In this document: one piece after another, positions 19,425-27,909 of the stretch | Numbering within the stretch: the first letter of the stretch is position 1 | Layout of the letters: the number at the start of each line of letters is the position of its first letter | Source: Acidimicrobiales bacterium | GTDB lineage: Bacteria > Actinomycetota > Acidimicrobiia > Acidimicrobiales > Bog-793 | DNA length: 64,000 nucleotides | Assembly (NCBI GenBank): GCA_050014835.1 | Contig: JBEKCO010000010.1 | Coordinates: 2,927-66,926 of the forward strand | Direction: 5' to 3' | Made by a program: the position numbers and the translations under genes | Notes under the pieces: generated by a model | Seen by the model: the letters and a program-made list of their open reading frames with translations, nothing else | Database searches by the model: none | Told to the model about the DNA's origin: nothing

Positions 19425-21854
19425 TTAGCTGGGCCCCTCAACCGGAATCGGTTGTCGGTCGGCGACACCCGCTGGCGCCACGCCCGCGGGATCGGCCACG
19501 GTTTGGCTCGCTCGCCGTGCCCCGGCGTCCCGACCGCCCCTCTCCAGGAGCAGGCGCATCTGCTCGCCGAGCACCCGGCTGTTGCATCGCGCGCGCATCG
19601 TCGCCGCCGCGGCCGCTCCCAGCCGCCGGCGGAGGCCCTCGTCCTCGTAGAGCCGGCGCATCCAACGCGCCGCCTCGTCGATGTCCGGATCGGCCCACCA
19701 CCCTCCGGGGCGGTAGATGTGCAGGGACCGACGGTTGAAGCGCATGTCGCCGAGGTCGATCTGCGCCATGCGGTAACCGACGGGGCAGCTGTTCTCGAGG
19801 GTCATGTAGTCCATGTTCCCCGAGTAGGCCGTCCCGATCACCGGTTTGGCGAGGTACATCGCCTCGGCCAAGCCAAGCCCGAATCCCTCGGCGCGGTGGA
19901 GCGAGACATACACGTCGCAGAGGGCGGTAAGTGCGGCAACCTCCTCGGGCCGCATGTCCGTGTCGATGATCGTCCCGCCGACGAGCTTCACGGCGTCCCC
20001 GAGCACCGCCTGCATCTCGGGGTGGCTCGCGAGGTTGATCGTCTTCATGACGAGGTGCACGTCGCCCGCCCGCTCGGCGCGGGAGAACGCCCTCCGGTAG
20101 GCCTCGATCACCCCACGGGGGTTCTTGCGGGCGAGCGTCGAGCTCACGTCGAAGTGGAAAAGGAACAGGCACGACCCGTCGGGCAGGCCGAAGTCGGCGC
20201 GCCGCAACGAGGCATCGGCAACCGGTTCGACGACGCACGGCACGACGCTCAACGGTTTCGTCGTGTAGTTCCGAAACGCCTCGGCGGTGAACGAGCTCGA
20301 GACCCAGACCTCGTCGACGCGGTCGAACTGCGCCTGGAGCTCAGCCGGGAGGCTGACCTGCTCCCAGTGCCAGTAGGCGACGATCCGGTGGTGCCCGCGA
20401 CGGCGCAGGTAGTCGTCCGGCACGAGGGTGAGCTCGTTCACGTTCAAAAAGCACAGGTCCACGTCGTGTGCCCGGCCCTTCGGCAGGTTCCGCAACGCGA
20501 CCGGGAGCCGTCGGGGATCCCGGGGCGCGCCGTAGTCGTAGTCCTCGAGCGACACCTCGACGCCCGCGTCGACGAGGGCGCCGACGCTGCGGCGAGCCGC
20601 CTCGGTGAGCCCCGTCGTCGCCTCCCAGCTGCCGATGGCGTTCACCCCGACGGTTCTCCGGTTGACGACCGTCTCCAGGACGGTCTCGACCCGCTCCCGG
20701 CGCCGGGAGGCGCAGACCCGGACGAGCTCGAGGTACTTCGCCCCGAGAGTCTCGGACGCGAGCGCCGGCCGGACGACCGAAGCCGCGATCCGGCCGGCCG
20801 CGCGCGCTCTCTCGGCATCGGCGGCGGCGCGCAGGCGGGCGACGAGAGAGGTCCGCTCGGTCACCGGGTCGGTCGACACGGTCCAGCAGAAGCGCTCGTC
20901 GAGCCCTCGGTACTGGAGTGCCTCGCTGACGATCACCGGACGCCCCGCGCCGAGCGCGCCGAGGACGAGCGTGCTCACCCCGCCGGCCGTCGGGGTCGTC
21001 AGGTCGACGAGCACGTCGCAGCGGTCGAGCAGCGCGGCGAAGCCACCGGCGGCCGAGACCCTGCCGGCCTGGCTGACCGACCCGACGAGTCCCGAGTCCC
21101 GCACGAGGGCGGCGATCGCCTCTCCGGCGTGAGAGTCGTCCGCCGCGCCGATCACGAGGCCAACCCCGGCGAACTCCCGGTGGACCTCGCCGAAGGCCGC
21201 GAGGGCCAGCGCCACGCGGTCGCGATCGGCGTGGCCGCCGATCACCCCGAACACGGTCGCCCCGTCCTCGCGGGCCGAGACTGGGTCGGGGAGCCCGACC
21301 GCCCGGGGGGCGCAGACGACGTCGGCCCCCGGAGAGCGGCCGGACAGCACCTCGGCCGCCCACGCGCTGTGCACGACGGTCATGAGGCTCGCCTCGACGA
21401 GCCGCCGGGACATCAGCAACCGGAGCGGTTCCGCCGTCGCCCCGTCCCCGGTCGGGCCCGGCGGGTCGGGGGCCGGCCAGCCGGGGAGGTTGAACGCCAC
21501 CTCCTCGCGGAACACGGCCCCGTCGACGTCGCCGGCGAGCCGGCGGTAGAAACCGACGAGCGCCGGATCGCCGAGGATGAGGAGCCCCGGACGACGCAGC
21601 GCCGGGCCGTGCACGAAACCGTGGCCGGCCGCGTCATTGCCGATCTCGTAGACGTCGATGTCGTAGTCGTCGGGCTGGTAGTCGGACGCCGCGACGACCC
21701 GCACGCCCTCGGGAACCTCCGCCCACTCGGCGACGTCGTCACGGACCACCGCCGCGACGCCGGCGTCGCGGGCGAGGGCGGCGAGCAGGACATGAGCGTG
21801 ACGGGCGACCTCGCCACGCTGCGGGGGCAGCGGGGTCCAGACCGCGACCCTCAC
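19425..21854 (-). CDS. two-domain (tandem GT-B) glycosyltransferase
   Basis: 809 aa. Approximate residues 1-390 are colinear with the 390-aa GT (MRVAVWTPLPPQRGEVA..., DIDVYEIGN..., MTVVHSAW...). The C-terminal half is a second GT4-like domain with EX7E (HRAEGFGLGLAEAMYLAKPVIGT). GTG start with GGAG 7 nt upstream. Confidence 0.8.
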   Translation of the reverse strand: MRVAVWTPLPPQRGEVARHAHVLLAALARDAGVAAVVRDDVAEWAEVPEGVRVVAASDYQPDDYDIDVYEIGNDAAGHGFVHGPALRRPGLLILGDPALVGFYRRLAGDVDGAVFREEVAFNLPGWPAPDPPGPTGDGATAEPLRLLMSRRLVEASLMTVVHSAWAAEVLSGRSPGADVVCAPRAVGLPDPVSAREDGATVFGVIGGHADRDRVALALAAFGEVHREFAGVGLVIGAADDSHAGEAIAALVRDSGLVGSVSQAGRVSAAGGFAALLDRCDVLVDLTTPTAGGVSTLVLGALGAGRPVIVSEALQYRGLDERFCWTVSTDPVTERTSLVARLRAAADAERARAAGRIAASVVRPALASETLGAKYLELVRVCASRRRERVETVLETVVNRRTVGVNAIGSWEATTGLTEAARRSVGALVDAGVEVSLEDYDYGAPRDPRRLPVALRNLPKGRAHDVDLCFLNVNELTLVPDDYLRRRGHHRIVAYWHWEQVSLPAELQAQFDRVDEVWVSSSFTAEAFRNYTTKPLSVVPCVVEPVADASLRRADFGLPDGSCLFLFHFDVSSTLARKNPRGVIEAYRRAFSRAERAGDVHLVMKTINLASHPEMQAVLGDAVKLVGGTIIDTDMRPEEVAALTALCDVYVSLHRAEGFGLGLAEAMYLAKPVIGTAYSGNMDYMTLENSCPVGYRMAQIDLGDMRFNRRSLHIYRPGGWWADPDIDEAARWMRRLYEDEGLRRRLGAAAAATMRARCNSRVLGEQMRLLLERGGRDAGARRASQTVADPAGVAPAGVADRQPIPVEGPS

Positions 21855-21876
21855 CTAGGCGCTCCGCCCGCGGCCG

Positions 21877-23061
21877 TCACGGGCGGCGCGCGAGGACCGC
21901 GTAGTCCCGCGCGCTGGAAAACCGCGCCGTGACGAGGTCGTAGAGCCGCTTCACGTCGCTGGACCACGGCGCGTCGTCGGCCGGCCCCGGCACCGACGGG
22001 TCGGGGGGCTCCAAGAAGCGCACTTCGACGTCGGTGAAGCCGCGCGACCCGACGACGAAGGCGAGCAGCTCCGGCGGGATCGGCCGGCGGTGCCTCGGGT
22101 CGAGGTAGAACGATGACGCGCCGACGACGAGGTTCTCGGGGTTCGGCGTCTCGACGATGACGAGCCCACCGGGTTCGATCGCCCGCACGGCGAGGTCGAG
22201 CATCGCGATGAGCTCCTCGATGCCGACGGACTCGGCGACCTGGATCGCCGAGACCGCCCGCAGGCTGTGTTCCTTCACGCCCTCGAGGTGCTCGATGGCC
22301 CCGGCGAGCCGGACGTCGAGGCCGCGCTGGCAGCCGGTCTCGACGAAGTACGGGTTCGTCTCCACGCCGTAGGCGGTCGCGCCCGCCTCGGCGAGCAGTT
22401 CGAGGAGCTCGCCGCGCCCGCAGCCGACGTCGAGCACCGGGAGGGCGGAATCGACGGCCGCGATGTCGGCGAGGTACCCGCGCAGCCGCTCCTTGACGAC
22501 GTCACGGGGCCCGCGGAACGCCTCGACGAAGGCGCCGTAGAGGTTGTCGAACGCGCCCGGCAGGGCGGCGAGCTCCTCGGCCGGCGGGAGGTCCGGGAGC
22601 CCGTGGCGCACCTGGTCGAGCAGCAGGTCGACCTGGGCGAGGCGGATCTGGGCCTGGTCGAGGCGCGCGCTCAATTCGGCGACCCGGGGGCGGGTCTCAC
22701 TGGAGTCACGGGCGACCGCCGCCATCTCGTCGCGGAGCTGCTGCACGACCTCACCCATCTCGGTGCGGATGATGCCGACGGCGTCGTGGAGCCGGGCGAA
22801 GGACTGCTGGTGGGCGAGCTCGACCTCGTCGCGCAGCAGGTCCCGGTCCCACAGGACGTCCTCGAGGATGTCGTCGTGGCGCACCATCTCGCCCAGAAGC
22901 TCGCGGTTGAAATCGACCTGGTGACGCAACATCGGCCAGCACAGGCGGGCGACGAACCGCCGGACGAGCTTCCAGTGGGCATCCGGCGACACCGGGAGCC
23001 CGAAGCTCGCGTTGACCCCCATCGTGTGGTAACGATCCGGGGGAGACGGTGGACGGGGCAT
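21877..23061 (-). CDS. class I SAM-dependent methyltransferase with a roughly 190-aa N-terminal coiled-coil domain
   Basis: Internal ATG at 23061 with GGGAGGAAG upstream gives MPRPPSPPDRYHTMGV... (394 aa). SAM motif I is VLDVGCGRGELLELL, and ...GGLVIVETPNPENL... follows. The N-terminal half is heptad-like, with Leu/Glu/Arg-rich helices. The 136 upstream codons of ORF 21877..23469 are low-complexity noise. Confidence 0.8.
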   Translation of the reverse strand: MPRPPSPPDRYHTMGVNASFGLPVSPDAHWKLVRRFVARLCWPMLRHQVDFNRELLGEMVRHDDILEDVLWDRDLLRDEVELAHQQSFARLHDAVGIIRTEMGEVVQQLRDEMAAVARDSSETRPRVAELSARLDQAQIRLAQVDLLLDQVRHGLPDLPPAEELAALPGAFDNLYGAFVEAFRGPRDVVKERLRGYLADIAAVDSALPVLDVGCGRGELLELLAEAGATAYGVETNPYFVETGCQRGLDVRLAGAIEHLEGVKEHSLRAVSAIQVAESVGIEELIAMLDLAVRAIEPGGLVIVETPNPENLVVGASSFYLDPRHRRPIPPELLAFVVGSRGFTDVEVRFLEPPDPSVPGPADDAPWSSDVKRLYDLVTARFSSARDYAVLARRP

Positions 23062-23266
23062 CGGCTCTTCCTCCCGAGTTTGCCGCGGTCGCCGACGTGC
23101 GTCAGCCGCGACGAAGCCTAATGTGCCCGCTCCAGGCGTTGGCGCTGCCCGACCAGCCCCGGAGCCGGGCGACCTTTTCGTACCGGCCGTGTCGGCGGGG
23201 CACGGGGGGCTGTCGGGCGCCGCAGCGCCCCTCCGACCGAAGCGCCAGGTCACGCGGCGGATGCGA

Positions 23267-23497
23267 CTACTGACCCTGGCTCTGGCGCCGCCGGGCGCTA
23301 AAGCGCCGTGGGTGGAAGAACCAGTAGAAGTTGATCGTCCAGCCCCAACCGAAGCTCTTCGGCGGGAAAAGGCGCGGGTCGTCGCTGTTCCACATCCGCG
23401 ATCGGGCGCGCTCCGCCGTCGGGGGCTGGAAATCGTAGGGAATACCGAGGAATTCCTTCGGACGGGCACCGTCGGGTGATCCGGGATCCTTCGCCAT
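23267..23497 (-). CDS. small DUF5808-like protein
   Basis: MAKDPGSPDGARPKEFLGIPYDFQPPTAERARSRMWNSDDPRLFPPKSFGWGWTINFYWFFHPRRF... (76 aa). The ATG at 23497 has GAGGAG 4 nt upstream. The motif pattern (G.PYD...PT....MWN..D.R.F.PK.FGWGW..N) is recalled from the DUF5808 family. Confidence 0.55.
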   Translation of the reverse strand: MAKDPGSPDGARPKEFLGIPYDFQPPTAERARSRMWNSDDPRLFPPKSFGWGWTINFYWFFHPRRFSARRRQSQGQ

Positions 23498-23566
23498 CGC
23501 GCTCCTCGTGCCAGGGTGCCCCATTATCCCGCGGCGCCGCGCGCCGAACCCACGGAGCCGGACTTG

Positions 23567-24451
23567 TCAGGACCAGGTCCCGGTGAGGGCCGCCGGATAG
23601 CGCACGGCAACGAGGCACAGCCCGGCGGGCGGGGCCGGCGAGGGCGCGCCGGCCCGGTTCGCGCTGGCGAGGCGGGTGACGAGATCGCTCGGCCGCAGGC
23701 GCCCCGTTCCGACGGCGACGAGGGCGCCGACGATCGAGCGCACCATCTGATGGCAAAAGGCGTCGGACTCGATCTCGAAACGCACCAATCCCTCGCCCGC
23801 CGTCGTGAACTCGGCGTGTGCGACCCGGCGCACGATCGGGCCGTCGGGCCGGTCCGGGGGGCGGCGGCAGAAGGCGGCGAAGTCGTGCTCGCCGAGCAGC
23901 GCGTCGGCGGCGAGCCGCATCGGGGCGAGCTCGACCGGCCCCTCGAGGTGCCAGACCGCCCCGCGTCGCCGCGGGTCCGTCCGGGTGCCCGCCTCGAGGT
24001 CGTAGCGGTAGCGGCGGGCGACGGCCGACTTCCGGGCGTCGAAGCCCTCCGGGGCGACGAGCGCCCGCCAGACGGCGGTCTCCGGGCCGAGCTGGTGCGA
24101 GAGCGCCTCGGCGAGCCGGGGCAGCTCCCGGCCCGGGACGAGCGCGCCGTCGCCGTAGCGGTCGGCGAGGAAGTCTGCGCCGAGGTCGGCATGGACGACC
24201 TGGGCGGTCGCGTGGACTCCGGTGTCGGTCCGGCCGGCGCAGGTGAGGCCGACGGCCCGCCCGGTCATCTCGCCGAGCGCGGCGGCGAGCTCACCGCCCA
24301 CGGTGCGCTGGCCGGGCTGCGCGGCGAAGCCGTGGTAGCCGGAGCCGTCGTAGGCGAGGCCGAGGGCGATCCTCCGGGTCGGCGCCGGTTCGGCGCCCGC
24401 GGGGGGGCTGGGCTCGACGACGGGTGCCTCGGGGCGGGCCCGCTCGCCCAC
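23567..24451 (-). CDS. truA: tRNA pseudouridine(38-40) synthase TruA
   Basis: 294 aa: ...RIALGLAYDGSGYHGFAAQPGQRTV...CAGRTDTGVHATAQVVHADL... The N-terminal roughly 25 aa are uncertain. Confidence 0.9.
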   Translation of the reverse strand: MGERARPEAPVVEPSPPAGAEPAPTRRIALGLAYDGSGYHGFAAQPGQRTVGGELAAALGEMTGRAVGLTCAGRTDTGVHATAQVVHADLGADFLADRYGDGALVPGRELPRLAEALSHQLGPETAVWRALVAPEGFDARKSAVARRYRYDLEAGTRTDPRRRGAVWHLEGPVELAPMRLAADALLGEHDFAAFCRRPPDRPDGPIVRRVAHAEFTTAGEGLVRFEIESDAFCHQMVRSIVGALVAVGTGRLRPSDLVTRLASANRAGAPSPAPPAGLCLVAVRYPAALTGTWS

Positions 24452-24461
24452 CGCAGGGCCG

Positions 24462-24824
24462 CTAGCTCGGCTCGACGAACTCGACTCTCGCCATCGGGGC
24501 GTTGTCCCCCGGGCGGGGGCCGAGCTTCAGGATCCGCAGGTACCCGCCGTTGCGGTCGGCGTAGCGCGGGCCGATCTCGGAGAACAGCTTGTGCGCCATG
24601 TCCTTGTCCCGCAGGAACGCCACGACCTGCCGCTGGTTGTGCACCCCGCCCGAGCGGGCCCGGGTGATCAGCTTCTCGGCGACCGGGCGGAGCGCCTTCG
24701 CCTTCGCCTCGGTCGTGACGATCGCCTCGGCGGCGATGAGCGAGGCGATGAGGTTGCCGAGCATCGCCTTCTGGTGGGCCGCGTCGCCACCGAACCGGAC
24801 GCTCTTCCTCGGGGCCGCCGGCAC
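24462..24824 (-). CDS. rplQ: 50S ribosomal protein L17
   Basis: 120 aa: ...[46 protein letters not shown]... Confidence 0.93.
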   Translation of the reverse strand: MPAAPRKSVRFGGDAAHQKAMLGNLIASLIAAEAIVTTEAKAKALRPVAEKLITRARSGGVHNQRQVVAFLRDKDMAHKLFSEIGPRYADRNGGYLRILKLGPRPGDNAPMARVEFVEPS

Positions 24825-24825
24825 G

Positions 24826-25767
24826 TCAGTACCGGTCGCCGGCGAGCGAGAGCCCGCGCTCGTCGAGGCGCTGCAGCACCTCGTCGAGGGACTTCTGGCC
24901 GAAGTTCGTGATGCCGAGCAGGTCCGCCGGCGTCCGTTCGACGAGCTCGCCGATGGTGTTGATCTGCGCCCGCTTCAGGCAGTTGCGGGGCCGCTCGGTG
25001 AGGTCGAGCTCCTCGATCGGCTGGTCGAGGTCCGGTGAGCCGCTCGACGCCGTGGCGGCGTCGCCGAGCTCGAGCCCGCGGGCCTCGTCGGTGAGCTCGG
25101 CGACGAGGTTGACGAGGGCGCGCAACGTCTGGCCCGCCGAAGCGAGCGCCTGGCGGGGCGAGATCGAACCGTCCGTCTCGATGTCGAGGACGAGCCGGTC
25201 GTAGTCCGTCGACTGCTCGACGCGGGTCGGCTCGACGGTGAAGGCGACCCGGCGGACCGGCGAGAAGATGGCGTCGACCGGGATGACCCCGATCGTCGAG
25301 GAGTGCTTGCTCTTCTCCGCCGAGACGTAGCCCTTGCCGCGCTCGACCGTCACGTCCATCGCCAGCCGCCCCTTGGTGTTGACGGTGGCGATGTGCAGGC
25401 TCGGGTTGAGCACCTCGACGTCGGCGGTCAGCTTCAGGTCGGCGCCGGTGACCTCCGCTGGACCGCGCACGTCGACGCGCAGCGTCACCCGCTCGTCGGA
25501 CTCGACGACGAGGACGAGGTCCTTCAGGTTCAGAATGATGTCGCTGACGTCCTCTTTCACGCCGGACAGGTAGGTGAACTCGTGGAGGGCGTCGTCGAAA
25601 CGGACCTGGGTCACCGCGGCGCCCGGGATCGACGAGAGCAGCGTCCGGCGCAACGAGTTCCCGAGCGTGTGCCCGAATCCCGGGTCGAGCGGGCCGACGG
25701 AGAACCGCTGGCGGTTCTCCTCCTCCTCGCCGATCGCTTCGACGGCAGGTCGCTGGATGATGAGCAT
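24826..25767 (-). CDS. rpoA: DNA-directed RNA polymerase subunit alpha
   Basis: Internal ATG at 25767 (GAGGAGAG upstream) gives [52 protein letters not shown]... (313 aa). Confidence 0.95.
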   Translation of the reverse strand: MLIIQRPAVEAIGEEEENRQRFSVGPLDPGFGHTLGNSLRRTLLSSIPGAAVTQVRFDDALHEFTYLSGVKEDVSDIILNLKDLVLVVESDERVTLRVDVRGPAEVTGADLKLTADVEVLNPSLHIATVNTKGRLAMDVTVERGKGYVSAEKSKHSSTIGVIPVDAIFSPVRRVAFTVEPTRVEQSTDYDRLVLDIETDGSISPRQALASAGQTLRALVNLVAELTDEARGLELGDAATASSGSPDLDQPIEELDLTERPRNCLKRAQINTIGELVERTPADLLGITNFGQKSLDEVLQRLDERGLSLAGDRY

Positions 25768-25792
25768 TGGCGCTCTCCTCGCTCGGGCGCGG

Positions 25793-26419
25793 CTACTTCG
25801 AGTACAGCTCGACGATGAGCTGCTCGCGCACCTGGGTGTCGATCTGTTCGCGCTCGGGCAGCGCCCGGACGCGGACGGTGCTGCCGCCCTCCTCGACCTC
25901 GAGCCAGCCGGGGACGGGCCGGTCGATGAGGTCGAGGTTCTGGCGCACCGTGATGAAGTCCGCCGCCTTCTCGGAGAGGGCGACGACATCGCCGAGCCGG
26001 ACCCGGAAACTCGCGATCGTCACCCGGTGGTCGTTCACGCGCACGAGCCCGTGGGAGACGAACTGGCGCGCCTGGGACCGGCTCGTGGCCCAGCGGGCCC
26101 GGAAGACGACGTTGTCGAGGCGGGTCTCGAGCATGCGGAGCAGGTTCTCGCCGGTGATGCCCGGGCGATGGCTCGCCTCCTCGTAGAGGCTGCGGAACTG
26201 TCTCTCCAGCACGCCGTAGATGCGCCGGGCCTTCTGCTTCTCGCGCAGCTGGGCGAGGTACTCCGAGCCCTGGCGCGACCGGTCCCGCCCGTGCTCACCC
26301 GGCGGGTACGGCCGCCGTTCGATCGGGCACTGCGGGCTCTCGCACTTCGGCCCTTTCAAGAAGAGCTTGACCTTCTCGCGGCGGCACAACCGGCACACCG
26401 GACCCAGGTAACGGGCCAT
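25793..26419 (-). CDS. rpsD: 30S ribosomal protein S4
   Basis: Internal ATG at 26419 gives MARYLGPVCRLCRREKVKLFLKGPKCESPQCPIERRPYPPGEHG... (208 aa). Confidence 0.95.
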   Translation of the reverse strand: MARYLGPVCRLCRREKVKLFLKGPKCESPQCPIERRPYPPGEHGRDRSRQGSEYLAQLREKQKARRIYGVLERQFRSLYEEASHRPGITGENLLRMLETRLDNVVFRARWATSRSQARQFVSHGLVRVNDHRVTIASFRVRLGDVVALSEKAADFITVRQNLDLIDRPVPGWLEVEEGGSTVRVRALPEREQIDTQVREQLIVELYSK

Positions 26420-26436
26420 CGTCGTCCTTTCCTCGC

Positions 26437-26838
26437 CTAGACCCGGCGCCGCTTCTTGGGGCGGCAGCCGTTGTGCGGGATGGGCGTGACGTCCTTGATC
26501 CCCGTCACCTCGATGCCGGTCGCGGCGAGCGACCGGATCGCCGTCTCGCGTCCCGAACCGGGTCCCCGGACGAGCACGTCGACACGGCGTACGCCGTGCT
26601 CCATCGCCCGGCGGGCGCACTGCTCGGCGGCCATCTGGGCGGCGAACGGCGTCGACTTGCGAGAGCCCTTGAAGCCGACGTTGCCGGCGGAGGCCCAGGC
26701 GATGACGTTGCCCTCGTGGTCGGCGATCGAGACGATCGTGTTGTTGAACGAGCTCTTGATGTGGGCGACGCCGTGGGCGACGTTCTTGCGCTCGCGCTTG
26801 CGGGGCCGGCGGCCCCCGGGCTTCGTCGGCTTGGCCAT
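26437..26838 (-). CDS. rpsK: 30S ribosomal protein S11
   Basis: Internal ATG at 26838 gives [52 protein letters not shown]... (133 aa). Confidence 0.95.
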   Translation of the reverse strand: MAKPTKPGGRRPRKRERKNVAHGVAHIKSSFNNTIVSIADHEGNVIAWASAGNVGFKGSRKSTPFAAQMAAEQCARRAMEHGVRRVDVLVRGPGSGRETAIRSLAATGIEVTGIKDVTPIPHNGCRPKKRRRV

Positions 26839-26917
26839 CAGGCGCCGACCTCGGGGCGGCCCGCCAGTCGACAGGGCGCGGCGGCGGGAGAGTGGCTGGT
26901 GTGGCGGGTCGGACTCA

Positions 26918-27298
26918 TCAGTGCTTGCGGACCTTCTTCTTCCCGGCGACGGTCTTCTTCGGGCCCTTGCGGGTTCGGGCGTTCGTGTGCGTGCGCTGTC
27001 CCCGCACGGGGAGTCCCCGGCGGTGGCGGACGCCCTGATAGGAGCCGATCTCCATCTTCCGCTTGATGTCCTGGGCGACATCGCGCCGCAGGTCCCCTTC
27101 GACTTTCAGGTTGGCGTCGACGTAGGTGCGGATCCGGGCGACCTCTTCCTCGGTGAGGTCGCGCACCCGCGTGCTCACGTCGAGGTCGGCCGCCACACAG
27201 ATCTGCTGCGCGGTCGTGCGGCCGATGCCGTAGATGTAGGTGAGCGAGATCTCGAGACGCTTCTCGCGCGGGATGTCGACGCCGGAGATGCGAGCCAT
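26918..27298 (-). CDS. rpsM: 30S ribosomal protein S13
   Basis: 126 aa: [33 protein letters not shown]... Confidence 0.95.
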   Translation of the reverse strand: MARISGVDIPREKRLEISLTYIYGIGRTTAQQICVAADLDVSTRVRDLTEEEVARIRTYVDANLKVEGDLRRDVAQDIKRKMEIGSYQGVRHRRGLPVRGQRTHTNARTRKGPKKTVAGKKKVRKH

Positions 27299-27301
27299 CT
27301 T

Positions 27302-27415
27302 CTAGCCCTGACGCTGCTTGTGGCGCGGGTTGTCGCAGATCACGACCACGCGGCCGTGCCGGCGGATGACCTTGCACTTCTCGCACATCGCTTTGACGCT
27401 CGGACGTACCTTCAC
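27302..27415 (-). CDS. rpmJ: 50S ribosomal protein L36
   Basis: Not in the ORF track because it is too short. GTG at 27415 gives (M)[36 protein letters not shown] (37 aa). Sits in the canonical infA-rpmJ-rpsM position. Confidence 0.9.
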   Translation of the reverse strand: MKVRPSVKAMCEKCKVIRRHGRVVVICDNPRHKQRQG

Positions 27416-27469
27416 TTCCCCATCCTCTGGATCGTGGTTCGGCGGGACCCCGCGGACACCCGCTCGTGC

Positions 27470-27694
27470 CTACTTGTACCGATAGGTGATCCGGCCTCTC
27501 GACAGGTCGTACGGTGTGATCTCGACCTGGACTCGGTCGCCCGGGAGGATGCGGATGCGGTGCATGCGCATCTTGCCTGAGCTGTGGGCGAGCACCTTGT
27601 GACCGTTCTCGAGCTCGACACGGAACATCGCGTTCGGCAACGGCTCGACGACCGTGCCCTCGAGCACGATCGCGTCTTCCTTCGGCTTCGGCAG
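27470..27694 (-). CDS. infA: translation initiation factor IF-1 (proposed CTG start)
   Basis: ORF track 27470..27667 starts at GTG with [64 protein letters not shown]. The in-frame upstream codons read (L)PKPKEDAIV, matching the conserved IF-1 N-terminus. A CTG at 27694 lies 5 nt after GAGGAGGA. Confidence 0.85.
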   Translation of the reverse strand: MPKPKEDAIVLEGTVVEPLPNAMFRVELENGHKVLAHSSGKMRMHRIRILPGDRVQVEITPYDLSRGRITYRYK

Positions 27695-27860
27695 GTCATC
27701 CTCCTCGACAGATCTTCCGCTTCACGGGTGCACCGCGCATCTGCACGCGGCACCGCGCCATCGGCCCACGGCGAGCGGTGGGACCGCCCCGATCGTCCGC
27801 GTGACCTGCGGCCGTGGGGCCACAAGATGTGCATTCTCGCATGTGCTCAGCGGCCCGCGA

Positions 27861-27887
27861 CAACAAAACGACGGGCCGGCCGACCCG
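27861..27887 (-). terminator. possible intrinsic terminator downstream of map
   Basis: The minus strand reads CGGGTC-GGCC-GGCCCG (6-bp stem with one G.U pair) followed by TCGTTTTGTTG, 22 nt after the map stop. An extended -10-like TGCGAGAAT (27833-27841) follows, ahead of infA. Confidence 0.35.
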
Positions 27888-27909
27888 AAGCAGAGAGGAT
27901 TTTAGCACC

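Noticed and set aside
19452-21932. 826-aa plus-strand ORF opposite the two-domain glycosyltransferase
   Set aside because: The minus-strand frame has GT4 motifs, a paralogue next door and a good SD. The plus frame is an Arg/Asp/Gly-rich shadow.
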